A DNA stretch of 64,000 nucleotides, taken from contig CAXHJY010001206.1 in assembly GCA_964016885.1 (NCBI GenBank), positions 27,384-91,383 of the forward strand, given 5' to 3'. Below the pieces are notes generated by a model. The model was not told the origin of the DNA, searched no databases, and saw only the letters and a list, made by a program, of their open reading frames with translations. Below are positions 1 to 13,560 of the stretch, one piece after another. The translations under genes were made by a program, and so were the position numbers. The DNA is from Eledone cirrhosa. Taxonomy: Eukaryota. How positions within the stretch are numbered: position 1 is the first letter of the stretch; each line of letters starts with the position of its first letter.

Positions 1-201
1 ATATGTGTGTATATGTTTGTTTGTGTGCGTATGTATATATATATATTTGTGTATGCATGTCTGTGTGAGCGCGTGAGTGTGTGTTTGCTTTATGAGTGTT
101 GACGTCTACAATTTAGTTGATGGCAGTTATGATGACAACAATTCTTTGGATCGTAGGTTCCAGCGACACGTGTTCTTGTCACTGTTGGCAATGAATATAG
201 A

Positions 202-210
202 TAGAGAGAG

Positions 211-265
<55 letters not shown>

Positions 266-321
266 AAGAGAGGAGAGAGAGGGGGGAGAGAGAGAGAGAG
301 AGGAGAGAGGAGAGAGAGAGG
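202..321. repeat. (GA)n microsatellite, degenerate at its 3' end
   Basis: Direct reading. Confidence 0.95.
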
Positions 322-356
322 GAGGTGTTTGTCATGATAGTTATGTTTATTGAAGA

Positions 357-3300
357 ATGGTCTTGGTTGCGGTTTTGTTTATAGGGAGTGGTGTTGGCTA
401 TGGTGGTGTTGGCTATGGTGGTGTTTGCTATGGTGGTGTTTGCTATGGTGGTGTTTGCTATGGTGGTGTTGGCTATGGTGGTGTTGGCTATGGTGGTGTT
501 GGCTATGGTGGTGTTGGCTACGGTGGTGTTTGCTATGGTGGTGTTGGCTATGGTGGTGTTGGCTATGGTGGTGTTGGCTATGGTGGTGTTGGCTATGGTG
601 GTGTTGGCTATGGTGGTGTTGGCTATGGTGGTGTTTGCTATGGTGGTGTTGGCTATGGTGGTGTTGGCTATGGTGGTGTTGGCTATGGTGGTGTTTGCTA
701 TGGTGGTGTTTGCTATGGTGGTGTTGGCTATGGTGGTGTTGGCTATGGTGGTGTTTGCTATGGTGGTGTTGGCTATGGTGGTGTTGGCTATGGTGGTGTT
801 GGCTATGGTGGTGTTGGCTATGGTGGTGTTGGCTATGGTGGTGTTGGCTATGGTGGTGTTGGCTATGGTGGTGTTGGTGTTGGCTATGGTGGTGTTTGCT
901 ATGGTGGTGTTTGCTATGGTGGTGTTGGCTATGGTGGTGTTGGCTGTGGTGGTGTTGGCTATGGTGGTGTTTGCTATGGTGGTGTTGGCTATGGTGGTGT
1001 TGGCTATGGTGGTGTTGGCTATGGTGGTGTTGGCTATGGTGGTGTTTGCTATGGTGGTGTTTGCAATGGTGGTGTTGGCTATGGTGGTGTTTGCTATGGT
1101 GGTGTTGGCTATGGTGGTGTTGGCTATGGTGGTGTTGGCTATGGTGGTGTTGGCTATGGTGGTGTTGGCTATGGTGGTGTTGGCTGTGGTGGTGTTGGCT
1201 ATGGTGGTGTTTGCTATGGTGGTGTTGGCTATGGTGGTGTTGGCTATGGTGGTGTTTGCTATGGTGGTGTTTGCTATGGTGGTGTTTGCTATGGTGGTGT
1301 TGGCTATGGTGGTGTTGGCTATGGTGGTGTTGGCTATGGTGGTGTTGGCTACGGTGGTGTTTGCTATGGTGGTGTTGGCTATGGTGGTGTTGGCTATGGT
1401 GGTGTTGGCTATGGTGGTGTTGGCTATGGTGGTGTTGGCTATGGTGGTGTTGGCTATGGTGGTGTTTGCTATGGTGGTGTTGGCTATGGTGGTGTTGGCT
1501 ATGGTGGTGTTGGCTATGGTGGTGTTTGCTATGGTGGTGTTTGCTATGGTGGTGTTGGCTATGGTGGTGTTGGCTATGGTGGTGTTTGCTATGGTGGTGT
1601 TGGCTATGGTGGTGTTGGCTATGGTGGTGTTGGCTATGGTGGTGTTGGCTATGGTGGTGTTGGCTATGGTGGTGTTGGCTATGGTGGTGTTGGCTATGGT
1701 GGTGTTGGTGTTGGCTATGGTGGTGTTTGCTATGGTGGTGTTTGCTATGGTGGTGTTGGCTATGGTGGTGTTGGCTGTGGTGGTGTTGGCTATGGTGGTG
1801 TTTGCTATGGTGGTGTTGGCTATGGTGGTGTTGGCTATGGTGGTGTTGGCTATGGTGGTGTTGGCTATGGTGGTGTTTGCTATGGTGGTGTTTGCAATGG
1901 TGGTGTTGGCTATGGTGGTGTTTGCTATGGTGGTGTTGGCTATGGTGGTGTTGGCTATGGTGGTGTTGGCTATGGTGGTGTTGGCTATGGTGGTGTTGGC
2001 TATGGTGGTGTTGGCTGTGGTGGTGTTGGCTATGGTGGTGTTTGCTATGGTGGTGTTGGCTATGGTGGTGTTGGCTATGGTGGTGTTGGCTATGGTGGTG
2101 TTGGCTATGGTGGTGTTGGCTATGGTGGTGTTGGCTATGGTGGTGTTGGCTATGGTGGTGTTGGTGTTGGCTACGGTGGTGTTGGCTATGGTGGTGTTGG
2201 CTATGGTGGTGTTGGCTATGGTGGTGTTGGCCATGGTGGTGTTAGCTACGGTGGTGTTGGCTATGGTGGTGTTGGCTGTGGTGGTGTTGGCTATGGTGGT
2301 GTTGGTGTTGGCTATGGTGGTGTTGGCTATGGTGGTGTTGGCTATGGTGGTGTTGGCTATGGTGGTGTTGGCTATGGTGGTGTTGGCTGTGGTGGTGTTG
2401 GCTATGGTGGTGTTTGCTATGGTGGTGTTGGCTATGGTGGTGTTGGCTATGGTGGTGTTGGCTATGGTGGTGTTGGCTATGGTGGTGTTGGCTATGGTGG
2501 TGTTGGCTATGGTGGTGTTGGCTGTGGTGGTGTTGGTGTTGGTGGTGTTGGCTATGGTGGTGTTGGCCATGGTGGTGTTAGCTACGGTGGTGTTGGCTAT
2601 GGTGGTGTTGGCTATGGTGGTGTTGGCTATGGTGGTGTTGGTGTTGGTGGTGTTGGCTATGGTGGTGTTGGCTATGGTGGTGTTGGCTATGGTGGTGTTG
2701 GCTATGGTGGTGTTGGCTATGGTGGTGTTGGCTATGGTGGTGTTGGCTACGGTGGTGTTTGCTATGGTGGTGTTGGCTATGGTGGTGTTGGCTATGGTGG
2801 TGTTGGCTATGGTGGTGTTTGCTATGGTGGTGTTGGCTATGGTGGTGTTGGCTATGGTGGTGTTGGCTATGGTGGTGTTGGCCATGGTGGTGTTAGCTAC
2901 GGTGGTGTTGGCTATGGTGGTGTTGGCTATGGTGGTGTTGGCTATGGTGGTGTTGGTGTTGGTGGTGTTGGCTATGGTGGTGTTGGCTATGGTGGTGTTG
3001 GCTATGGTGGTGTTGGCTATGGTGGTGTTGGTGTTTGCTATGGTGGTGTTGGCTATGGTGGTGTTGGCTACGGTGGTGTTGGCTATGGTGGTGTTGGCTA
3101 TGGTGGTGTTGGTGTTTGCTATGGTGGTGTTGGCTATGGTGGTGTTGGCTATGGTGGTGTTGGTGTTTGCTATGGTGGTGTTGGCTATGGTGGTGTTGGC
3201 TATGGTGGTGTTGGCCATGGTGGTGTTGGCTACGGTGGTGTTGGCTATGGTGGTGTTGGTGTTTGCTATGGTGGTGTTGGCTATGGTGGTGTTGGCCATG

Positions 3301-5222
3301 GTGGTGTTGGCCATGGTGGTGTTGGCTATGGTGGTGTTGGCTATGGTGGTGTTGGTGTTTGCTATGGTGGTGTTGGCTATGGTGGTGTTGGCTATGGTGG
3401 TGTTGGTGTTTGCTATGGTGGTGTTGGCTATGGTGGTGTTGGTGTTTGCTATGGTGGTGTTGGCTATGGTGGTGTTGGCTATGGTGGTGTTGGCCATGGT
3501 GGTGTTGGCTACGGTGGTGTTGGCTATGGTGGTGTTTGCTATGGTGGTGTTGGCTATGGTGGTGTTGGCTATGGTGGTGTTGGCTATGGTGGTGTTGGCT
3601 ATGGTGGTGTTGGCTATGGTGGTGTTGGCTATGGTGGTGTTTGCTATGGTGGTGTTGGCTATGGTGGTGTTGGCTATGGTGGTGTTGGCTATGGTGGTGT
3701 TGGCCATGGTGGTGTTAGCTACGGTGGTGTTGGCTATGGTGGTGTTGGCTATGGTGGTGTTGGCTATGGTGGTGTTGGTGTTGGTGGTGTTGGCTATGGT
3801 GGTGTTGGCTATGGTGGTGTTGGCTATGGTGGTGTTGGCTATGGTGGTGTTGGTGTTTGCTATGGTGGTGTTGGCTATGGTGGTGTTGGCTACGGTGGTG
3901 TTGGCTATGGTGGTGTTGGCTATGGTGGTGTTGGTGTTGGCTATGGTGGTGTTGGTGTTTGCTATGGTGGTGTTGGCTATGGTGGTGTTGGTGTTTGCTA
4001 TGGTGGTGTTGGCTATGGTGGTGTTGGCTATGGTGGTGTTGGCCATGGTGGTGTTGGCTACGGTGGTGTTGGCTATGGTGGTGTTGGTGTTTGCTATGGT
4101 GGTGTTGGCTATGGTGGTGTTGGCCATGGTGGTGTTGGCCATGGTGGTGTTGGCTATGGTGGTGTTGGCTATGGTGGTGTTGGTGTTTGCTATGGTGGTG
4201 TTGGCTATGGTGGTGTTGGCTATGGTGGTGTTGGTGTTTGCTATGGTGGTGTTGGCTATGGTGGTGTTGGTGTTTGCTATGGTGGTGTTGGCTATGGTGG
4301 TGTTGGTGTTGGCTATGGTGGTGTTTGCTATGGTGGTGTTTGCTATGGTGGTGTTTGCTATGGTGGTGTTGGCTATGGTGGTGTTGGCTATGGTGGTGTT
4401 GGCTATGGTGGTGTTGGCCATGGTGGTGTTGGCTATGGTGGTGTTGGCTATGGTGGTGTTGGCTATGGTGGTGTTGGCTATGGTGGTGTTTGCTATGGTG
4501 GTGTTGGCTATGGTGGTGTTGGCTATGGTGGTGTTGGCTATGGTGGTGTTGGCTATGGTGGTGTTGGCTGTGGTGGTGTTGGCCATGGTGGTGTTGGCTA
4601 TGGTGGTGTTGGCTATGGTGGTGTTGGCTATGGTGGTGTTGGCTATGGTGGTGTTGGCTATGGTGGTGTTGGCTATGGTGGTGTTGGCTGTGGTGGTGTT
4701 GGCTATGGTGGTGTTGGCCATGGTGGTGTTGGCTATGGTGGTGTTGGCTATGGTGGTGTTGGCTATGGTGGTGTTGGCTATGGTGGTGTTGGCTATGGTG
4801 GTGTTTGCTATGGTGGTGTTGGCTATGGTGGTGTTGGCTATGGTGGTGTTGGCTATGGTGGTGTTGGCTATGGTGGTGTTGGCTATGGTGGTGTTGGCTA
4901 TGGTGGTGTTTGCTATGGTGGTGTTGGCTATGGTGGTGTTGGCTATGGTGGTGTTGGCTATGGTGGTGTTGGCTATGGTGGTGTTGGCTATGGTGGTGTT
5001 GGCTATGGTGGTGTTTGCTATGGTGGTGTTTGCTATGGTGGTGTTTGCTATGGTGGTGTTGGCTATGGTGGTGTTGGCTATGGTGGTGTTGGCTATGGTG
5101 GTGTTGGCTACGGTGGTGTTTTTAAGACAGTGATGTTTATCATAGTGCTTCTATTTAAAGAGGAATGGTGTTGGTCGACATCGTGTGTTTGTAAGGAAGG
5201 GGCTGTTTGTTATAGTGGTTAG
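357..5222 (+). CDS. Hypothetical Gly/Tyr-rich (GGVGY)n protein, 1621 aa; may be only an incidental ORF through the minisatellite
   Basis: ATG at 357, hydrophobic start MVLVAVLFIGS, uninterrupted GGVGY/GGVCY/GGVGH repeats. Two other frames are also open throughout, so ORF length alone is weak evidence. Confidence 0.25.
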   Translation: MVLVAVLFIGSGVGYGGVGYGGVCYGGVCYGGVCYGGVGYGGVGYGGVGYGGVGYGGVCYGGVGYGGVGYGGVGYGGVGYGGVGYGGVGYGGVCYGGVGYGGVGYGGVGYGGVCYGGVCYGGVGYGGVGYGGVCYGGVGYGGVGYGGVGYGGVGYGGVGYGGVGYGGVGYGGVGVGYGGVCYGGVCYGGVGYGGVGCGGVGYGGVCYGGVGYGGVGYGGVGYGGVGYGGVCYGGVCNGGVGYGGVCYGGVGYGGVGYGGVGYGGVGYGGVGYGGVGCGGVGYGGVCYGGVGYGGVGYGGVCYGGVCYGGVCYGGVGYGGVGYGGVGYGGVGYGGVCYGGVGYGGVGYGGVGYGGVGYGGVGYGGVGYGGVCYGGVGYGGVGYGGVGYGGVCYGGVCYGGVGYGGVGYGGVCYGGVGYGGVGYGGVGYGGVGYGGVGYGGVGYGGVGYGGVGVGYGGVCYGGVCYGGVGYGGVGCGGVGYGGVCYGGVGYGGVGYGGVGYGGVGYGGVCYGGVCNGGVGYGGVCYGGVGYGGVGYGGVGYGGVGYGGVGYGGVGCGGVGYGGVCYGGVGYGGVGYGGVGYGGVGYGGVGYGGVGYGGVGYGGVGVGYGGVGYGGVGYGGVGYGGVGHGGVSYGGVGYGGVGCGGVGYGGVGVGYGGVGYGGVGYGGVGYGGVGYGGVGCGGVGYGGVCYGGVGYGGVGYGGVGYGGVGYGGVGYGGVGYGGVGCGGVGVGGVGYGGVGHGGVSYGGVGYGGVGYGGVGYGGVGVGGVGYGGVGYGGVGYGGVGYGGVGYGGVGYGGVGYGGVCYGGVGYGGVGYGGVGYGGVCYGGVGYGGVGYGGVGYGGVGHGGVSYGGVGYGGVGYGGVGYGGVGVGGVGYGGVGYGGVGYGGVGYGGVGVCYGGVGYGGVGYGGVGYGGVGYGGVGVCYGGVGYGGVGYGGVGVCYGGVGYGGVGYGGVGHGGVGYGGVGYGGVGVCYGGVGYGGVGHGGVGHGGVGYGGVGYGGVGVCYGGVGYGGVGYGGVGVCYGGVGYGGVGVCYGGVGYGGVGYGGVGHGGVGYGGVGYGGVCYGGVGYGGVGYGGVGYGGVGYGGVGYGGVGYGGVCYGGVGYGGVGYGGVGYGGVGHGGVSYGGVGYGGVGYGGVGYGGVGVGGVGYGGVGYGGVGYGGVGYGGVGVCYGGVGYGGVGYGGVGYGGVGYGGVGVGYGGVGVCYGGVGYGGVGVCYGGVGYGGVGYGGVGHGGVGYGGVGYGGVGVCYGGVGYGGVGHGGVGHGGVGYGGVGYGGVGVCYGGVGYGGVGYGGVGVCYGGVGYGGVGVCYGGVGYGGVGVGYGGVCYGGVCYGGVCYGGVGYGGVGYGGVGYGGVGHGGVGYGGVGYGGVGYGGVGYGGVCYGGVGYGGVGYGGVGYGGVGYGGVGCGGVGHGGVGYGGVGYGGVGYGGVGYGGVGYGGVGYGGVGCGGVGYGGVGHGGVGYGGVGYGGVGYGGVGYGGVGYGGVCYGGVGYGGVGYGGVGYGGVGYGGVGYGGVGYGGVCYGGVGYGGVGYGGVGYGGVGYGGVGYGGVGYGGVCYGGVCYGGVCYGGVGYGGVGYGGVGYGGVGYGGVFKTVMFIIVLLFKEEWCWSTSCVCKEGAVCYSG
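390..5120. repeat. 15-bp minisatellite (GGTGTTGGCTATGGT)n, about 310 units, with higher-order duplications
   Basis: Variant units (TTTGC, TAC, CAT, TGT, AGC) and GGTGTT 6-bp indels recur at periods of ~831 and ~822 bp. Confidence 0.98.
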
Positions 5223-6249
5223 GCTTTTAGGGAGTGGTGTTTATCATGATGGTTGTTGTTTCTTTGTGTGTGTTGGGTGATGGTGATGGTGTCCTGGATT
5301 TGATTGATGGGACATTCAGTGGTGTATGTTGCGAAGTTGGCATTTGTATTAATGGTAGTGGAAAAGTGGGTGCTCTTGTAATCGTACATGTTACGGAAGT
5401 ATTCAGGCTGCTTTTGGTGGGGAAGTGGCAATGGTGATGGTGGTTGTGATAATGGCGGCAGTGGTGGTGTCGTCGTGGTTGTTGTTGTTGTTGTTGGTGT
5501 GGTGATGCTTTTGGGGCGACCGTGGCGGTAATTTTAGTCGAGGATGATGATGATTTTAAAACATATTTATGAATATGATAATGAGGTCGATGATGACGAA
5601 GGTTTTGATGATGAAGTAAAGTAAGAAAGAGCGGGGTTAGGTGTTGATAGTTGTTATTGTTGTTGTTTAGTCCCCAGTAAATCCTGATCAAATAAAGTCG
5701 ATGATTAAATATATATCCCAGTTATAACGATTCCTTTAATAATTCAGATGCAATGTAACCCGCAATTCATTATGCAATGCATAATTTTTTCTTTCAAGAC
5801 CACAAATTGTTCTTGAAGGAGATTTGGCTTCTATTTTTGCAGATCATGTGACCACGAAAAAAAAAAATCCCTTCCTTAGTTCGGGATATCCATAGGGGTA
5901 GTGTTGTGCGCGTGTCGCTGTTAGTAAAGGCGATAACGGCACATGATGTTTCTTGCTGGCGGCAGCGATATGTCAATGTGGCTTAACTCCAACTATGGTG
6001 AACAGAAGATTAATTACGGAGAATGACCCATCCAGCACTCATCATTTTCCACGTCTATGGTGCACCCATTATCACAACCATTGAAATGAGTGCATCTATA
6101 TATGTGAGAAACTGCAATACAACGTATAGAAAATTCTTTAAATGCGAGTGTTTGGATGAACTTCTTTATGGATATTCGACCTGTAAGAATTAACAATCAA
6201 ATCTCCCCTGGATCATACTGTCTAAAAGCAGAATACAACAATGACATAT

Positions 6250-6490
6250 CTGGTGGTCAGGGCGTTGGTGTGGTGTCTTGTTAATTCGAATCGCTTTTAC
6301 CAGTCGTCAGTATATCGTTACGTTTAGGTTAGTCGACTGCCAAACGCAGCACTTCTGAGATGGATGGGCGGCAGCATTTCGTATGAGATGAGGCGATAAC
6401 AGGTCTACAATGACCTTAGATGCCTGACGCTTCATAAGCGCTAGACCCGAGAAATCTGGGCCTGGAACCTATCCATGTGAATGTGTATTT
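6250..6490 (+). pseudogene. Degenerate 18S rRNA-derived fragment (3' half of SSU)
   Basis: Collinear blocks TGTCTTGTTAATTCG, CTTCTGAGATGGA and GCGATAACAGGTCTACAATGACCTTAGATGCC resemble the conserved 18S blocks TGTCTGGTTAATTCC, CTTCTTAGAGGGA and GCAATAACAGGTCTGTGATGCCCTTAGATGT. Confidence 0.65.
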
Positions 6491-6930
6491 GAACTCGCGA
6501 TATGTTGGTTAATGAATGACAAGCATTACATGGAATCTAACAATAGCGATGTAAATAGCTACATTCCTGTGTTTGTTTTGTTTAGTCAACACAAAAAGCT
6601 AAACTGGCCTTGGTCTCTCACAGAATCAAATCAAGTGAAACTATTTACACAAACACACGCATATACGCACGCACACACACACAAGACAAATGAACTAGTG
6701 AATGAAACTCGAACAATCAGTAAGCGTTTGATATGAAGCTCTATACAGATTTGGTTACAGGGCGGAGACATACATTTTATCTGTTGTTGTTGCTTTTATT
6801 TGTCAAGTAACAATAGCCGTGGCGTCAAACGGGGTGGAAAGTCGGGAACTAAGTAATGTTAGTTAGTGTTGGGTGGGTGGGGTGTTGTTGTTAGCGGTTC
6901 TGAGGCTAGAATGTTGACCATGTTTTTAGA

Positions 6931-7048
6931 ATAATTGTTTCTATTTTAGGCACAAGGCCAGCAAATACCCAGTACATTACTGGTACTTTATTTTATCGAC
7001 CCCGTAAGGATGAAAGGCAAAGTCAACTTCGGCGGGATTTGAACTCAA
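6931..7048 (-). mobile_element. tRNA-derived SINE family A, 5'-truncated copy
   Basis: Reverse complement of the core and tail of the full copy at 31973-32156. Confidence 0.85.
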
Positions 7049-9349
7049 AATGGAATGACCTGGAGCAAAGTTATTGGTGGAATTTTACATCATGGGTCAA
7101 ACTGGCTAGAGCAATGAAAATGCGGGCAAGTATGCTGCCGAGTATGTTAGCGACGGAGGTGGTGGTGGTTGATAAGGACTATATTATAGAAGTATGTAGA
7201 TTTGGGCGCATATCAATGACTAGAGTGGTTGTTGGTTTTAGCAGAGTTTTTATTTTGTTTGACATCAGATCAGGCCTTATTGAACATACCTCAATCAAAG
7301 ACATTCTAGTTGTGACCATCACGTCACTTTCTTATGTAGGGCGATTCCAGCACTACATTATCCAGCATGCTCTTTTCTAAGATGGTGGGTATGATTTAAG
7401 GAATATTTTGCTGCTATTTCTAGCAAATCGAGCGGCGAAATGGAGGTTTTATCATTCGTTCAGGTCGGTGATAGTTAGGATAAATGGTATGGATAACAGT
7501 CACTATGGATGAGGTGGGTAAAAGCTTGGTGAGGGCTGAAAGAAATACTGGCGAATTACGGGAGAACGTGATAGAATGAAGATACAAATGTTTGCATAAG
7601 AAGGGAAAAAAGAAAATAAAGACTATAATGCCATTATAATAAAGAACCCAGGACCTAATGATTGCAAAACAAAATTCTTAACCACTTTGCCTTGTCTGCG
7701 TCAACAAGTAAATAAATAAAGAAGCAATGAAAGGATGGAAAACAAACAAATCAGTGAAAAAGCTTGAAGAAAAATGGAGGGGGAAAAGGAGAGAGAATAA
7801 AGGGCTACGTAAAAAAGGAAAAAAAACAAACAAACAAACAAGCAAAGAGCAGTAGAAAAAAGGGAAGGAACAAAAAAGAAAATCTGATCACTATAAATCT
7901 GATCACTATATCACTATACAGCGATGATAAACCAAACAGTTTAATATATATGAAGGCTTCTTCGTTGTTTATAACATATTTATATAGTTAAAACATTGTT
8001 GTTAGAATAATATTTATAATTTAGACACAAGATGTTTGGCGTCATCGATCGGGTGTAAATATAAACACACCACCATATACCCCCAACATTAGTAAAGAAC
8101 AATAACTGCATCTGAAGCAGCAGCAATATCAACAACCGCAACATCCGCAGCAGCAGCAGCAGCAGTAGCTATAACAACAATAACAACAGAAAGCTATATA
8201 ACGAATAGCAATACCAATGACATCATTATGGAGCCTTGAAGTGGTCTTTCAACTTGCTTGCTAGAAATAGCAGTTAAATCTTCTTAAAATCACACACTAC
8301 CGTCCTACATAAGGAAAGAAAACATTGAATAAATATAGTTCTGCATCCTCTTAAAAACACAAGATGGTCAACATTAGGGAAACCTTTCGTTCTAGGTCTG
8401 TTTAATCAGGACTTTGAAATTAGGATTCAGACATCAAGCAATGCATGTTGGAGAGCATTCTTCACTTCTTATACTTTTACTATGATTTAGCCCCTGATTT
8501 CACTAATTGAGCAGATTTCTGATCAGGGGTATTACAACCATAACCATCCCCTATTAGTTTCAGTGATAATGTATCCCAGGACTACATAATTCAATGTATG
8601 TATACGTGTTATATTTTAAAGATGGTAGAGGATGTGGGACGGAGGCGGATTAAGTTTGCATGAGGGACCTGGATGAAAACTTCAGCGAGGCCCTTGTTAC
8701 CATAAATGTTTTAGTTATGGTAGAACAATTATTAATTTGGGTTTCTTTAAATATTGTAGACTTCTAGCTACAGTCCAGTCAGTCCCTCACTTTTTAAGCC
8801 GTCACTGGGTGAGTGATTTGAGTGAAATTTTGGTGTTCTGTCTAACGCGTTAGTTCAGGACAGGGAGTTGTAGAACTACTGTCTGTCGTACATATTCTAT
8901 CGTACAGTTAGCCGGTTTGGGCTCTAGGATATTTATTTGATGTAAGCGCCGTCATGAAGGTATTTAATTATATTCCTTTATGCCCAGAGTTCAAAATTCC
9001 ATCGATACCAAATTTGATATTCTTTCTTTCCGAGGATACTATGCCCATCATATTGAAATTTATGGTTTTGTTTCTATGTCAGGAAACAATATTACCCAGA
9101 AGTTGTAAGATCAGATTCAATCGTTTGAGTGTGGATTGTGTCCAGACACTACAGTTAATATAGAGGTACTTACGAAAGAGAACTCAGCTTAACAACCACC
9201 GGTTCGAGTCCTACACGTTACCCATGTGTAGTGTTTCCTCACACGTTCTTATATCTATAGAATATATATCTTCAGTTTGTCTTAGCTACATAGACCATGC
9301 CGATGCTGGGGCACCACCTACTATATAAATTGATATAGTCTCGTCATTG

Positions 9350-9400
9350 TCTTCTTCTTCTTCTTCTTCTTCTTCTTCTTCTTCTTCTTCTTCTTCTTCT
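9350..9400. repeat. (TTC)n microsatellite
   Basis: Direct reading. Confidence 0.95.
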
Positions 9401-9534
9401 CGTTTAAAATGTGTAAACGTGTATTCCCCATTAAGTGAAAGGTGAAACAACGATGATTTCTTTACACAAAATACATGCCGTACGCATGAACTACATACAG
9501 ATACATACAGATTCAAGCACACTTACACGCACTC

Positions 9535-12005
<2,471 letters not shown>

Positions 12006-12289
12006 CACCTTTCTGTGTACAAACACGTGGAAAAAACTTCTCAAATGATGTACCATAGTTTATTCATTTCTGCCTAGCGTAAATTCGCGTTTATGCTATG
12101 TTACTCTATGTATGTGTGTGCGTATTCATATATATATATATATGAATATATATGAATATATATGGACCTGAGAAAAAGTACTCAATACCGAAGTAGAGAT
12201 TAAATATTTACTATAGTTAAGTATTGAGCATTGTTATTCTGGAGTTTCACATGCGTACACGCAACCTTCGTGTTTCGCATTGAAGAAAT

Positions 12290-13560
12290 GATCTAATGCC
12301 ATTCTCGCCATAGCATGTCTGTTACAATACCACTACAAATAGCCTCGTATAATTTAGTTACCAGCCATCTCCCCCTCCTTTTGTTTCTCTAACGCTAATT
12401 CTTTGCTAAAACCTATTGAGATTACTCTAATGTCTCTTTTGAGAGTCCTCCACAACCTTTGCTTAACTAAATTGTTGTCTCAGTCCCTGTGAGCTTTATG
12501 TACCGCAAACGACATGTTCAGCTTCCAATAACCTGGTTCTAACCTACGCCTCTTATCTAGGTCGACTATACAGATCACAAACTTGTGATCTGAATAAGCG
12601 ACCGTTTGAAATTGTGGACAACTTATACTATTTTTATCTATTGACTTAATGAAAAACCTATCTATATACGATCTAGATAACCCTAGGCAGATGGGCCAGG
12701 TCTACACTGGCGCATTAGGGAAATCTAGTCGGGATCTGCCAGACAGTTGGAACTGGCTGATCAGGTACTTGAGGCTTTTTCACCACCCGCTCATATCAGC
12801 TACTCCCACATATACGTCGTAGATGCCGTTTCAGTCCCCGGCTAACAGTAAAGGGCGAGACATTCCCGGAAAGGCCGCCATGCGCCTAAAGAAGTCCGAC
12901 CGTCCGGTCCCAGTCGAGCTGTAGATAGCCACCAGTTTAATGGCGCCACCGTCGTTACTATTCACATCCAGGACCACCAACTTACCATCCGGGTGCCGGA
13001 AGATTGACCTTACCTCGGGATCCAGGCCTTTCCTAAACCCCACTGCCACCCCACCTTCCATTCCCGGCCGACTAAGAGATGCGAAGATCTGATAGTCGTC
13101 GAAAATGGGGACTAGTGCGTGCGTGTCGGAAATTAAGGTTTCGCTGACGGCAATCACATCCATATCTTGTGACCTGAGGTCGTTTAGCAGGCAACTGTGC
13201 TTCCAGAGCGCTCCCAGTCCACGAACATTTAAACATCCTACTCTTAGGATGACTATGTTGGCAGGCTAAATGAGAGAGAGAGGAAAGGTTTACTTACCTC
13301 CCGGGGTCTTGAGGAGGTCAGGTGGTTCGACCTCCATATTTGGTGGAGTTTCTTTTGGGAACCCTTTAAGAAGTCTGCTTGTGGGTCTTATATTCGGGGT
13401 TCCCGTGTCGCGAGGAAAGCTCTCCCTAATACCTTTGTAGAGGTCGAGTGACATTCGGACCAGATATAAATCTGGCATGCGAAATGTGCTCGTTCCAAAT
13501 ATCTCCCCCTCTTTTTCGATTTTTGTCGTCGTGCTATGAGGGCCATCAATTCCTCGTTGC
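12290..13560 (-). mobile_element. L1/Tx1-like LINE fragment: AP-endonuclease domain of ORF2 plus probable ORF1 end, pseudogenised
   Basis: Minus-strand translation gives GCLNVRGL, DVIAVSET, GGVAV, KLVAIYS, LLLAGD* and AYSDHKFV, the APE motifs, with stops. Confidence 0.85.

Noticed and set aside
390-5120. CRISPR-like or telomeric array
   Set aside because: There are no unique spacers and the unit is not TTAGGG-like; it is a plain minisatellite.
90-5133. Alternative long ORFs through the minisatellite: (ANTTI)n, (MVVLA)n and (WWCWL)n
   Set aside because: These are automatic consequences of a stop-free 15-bp unit, with no independent coding evidence.
8640-8808. Possible hAT-like MITE (GGCGGATTAAG ... 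TTAAGCCGTCACTG)
   Set aside because: The termini are too degenerate and no TSD is visible.
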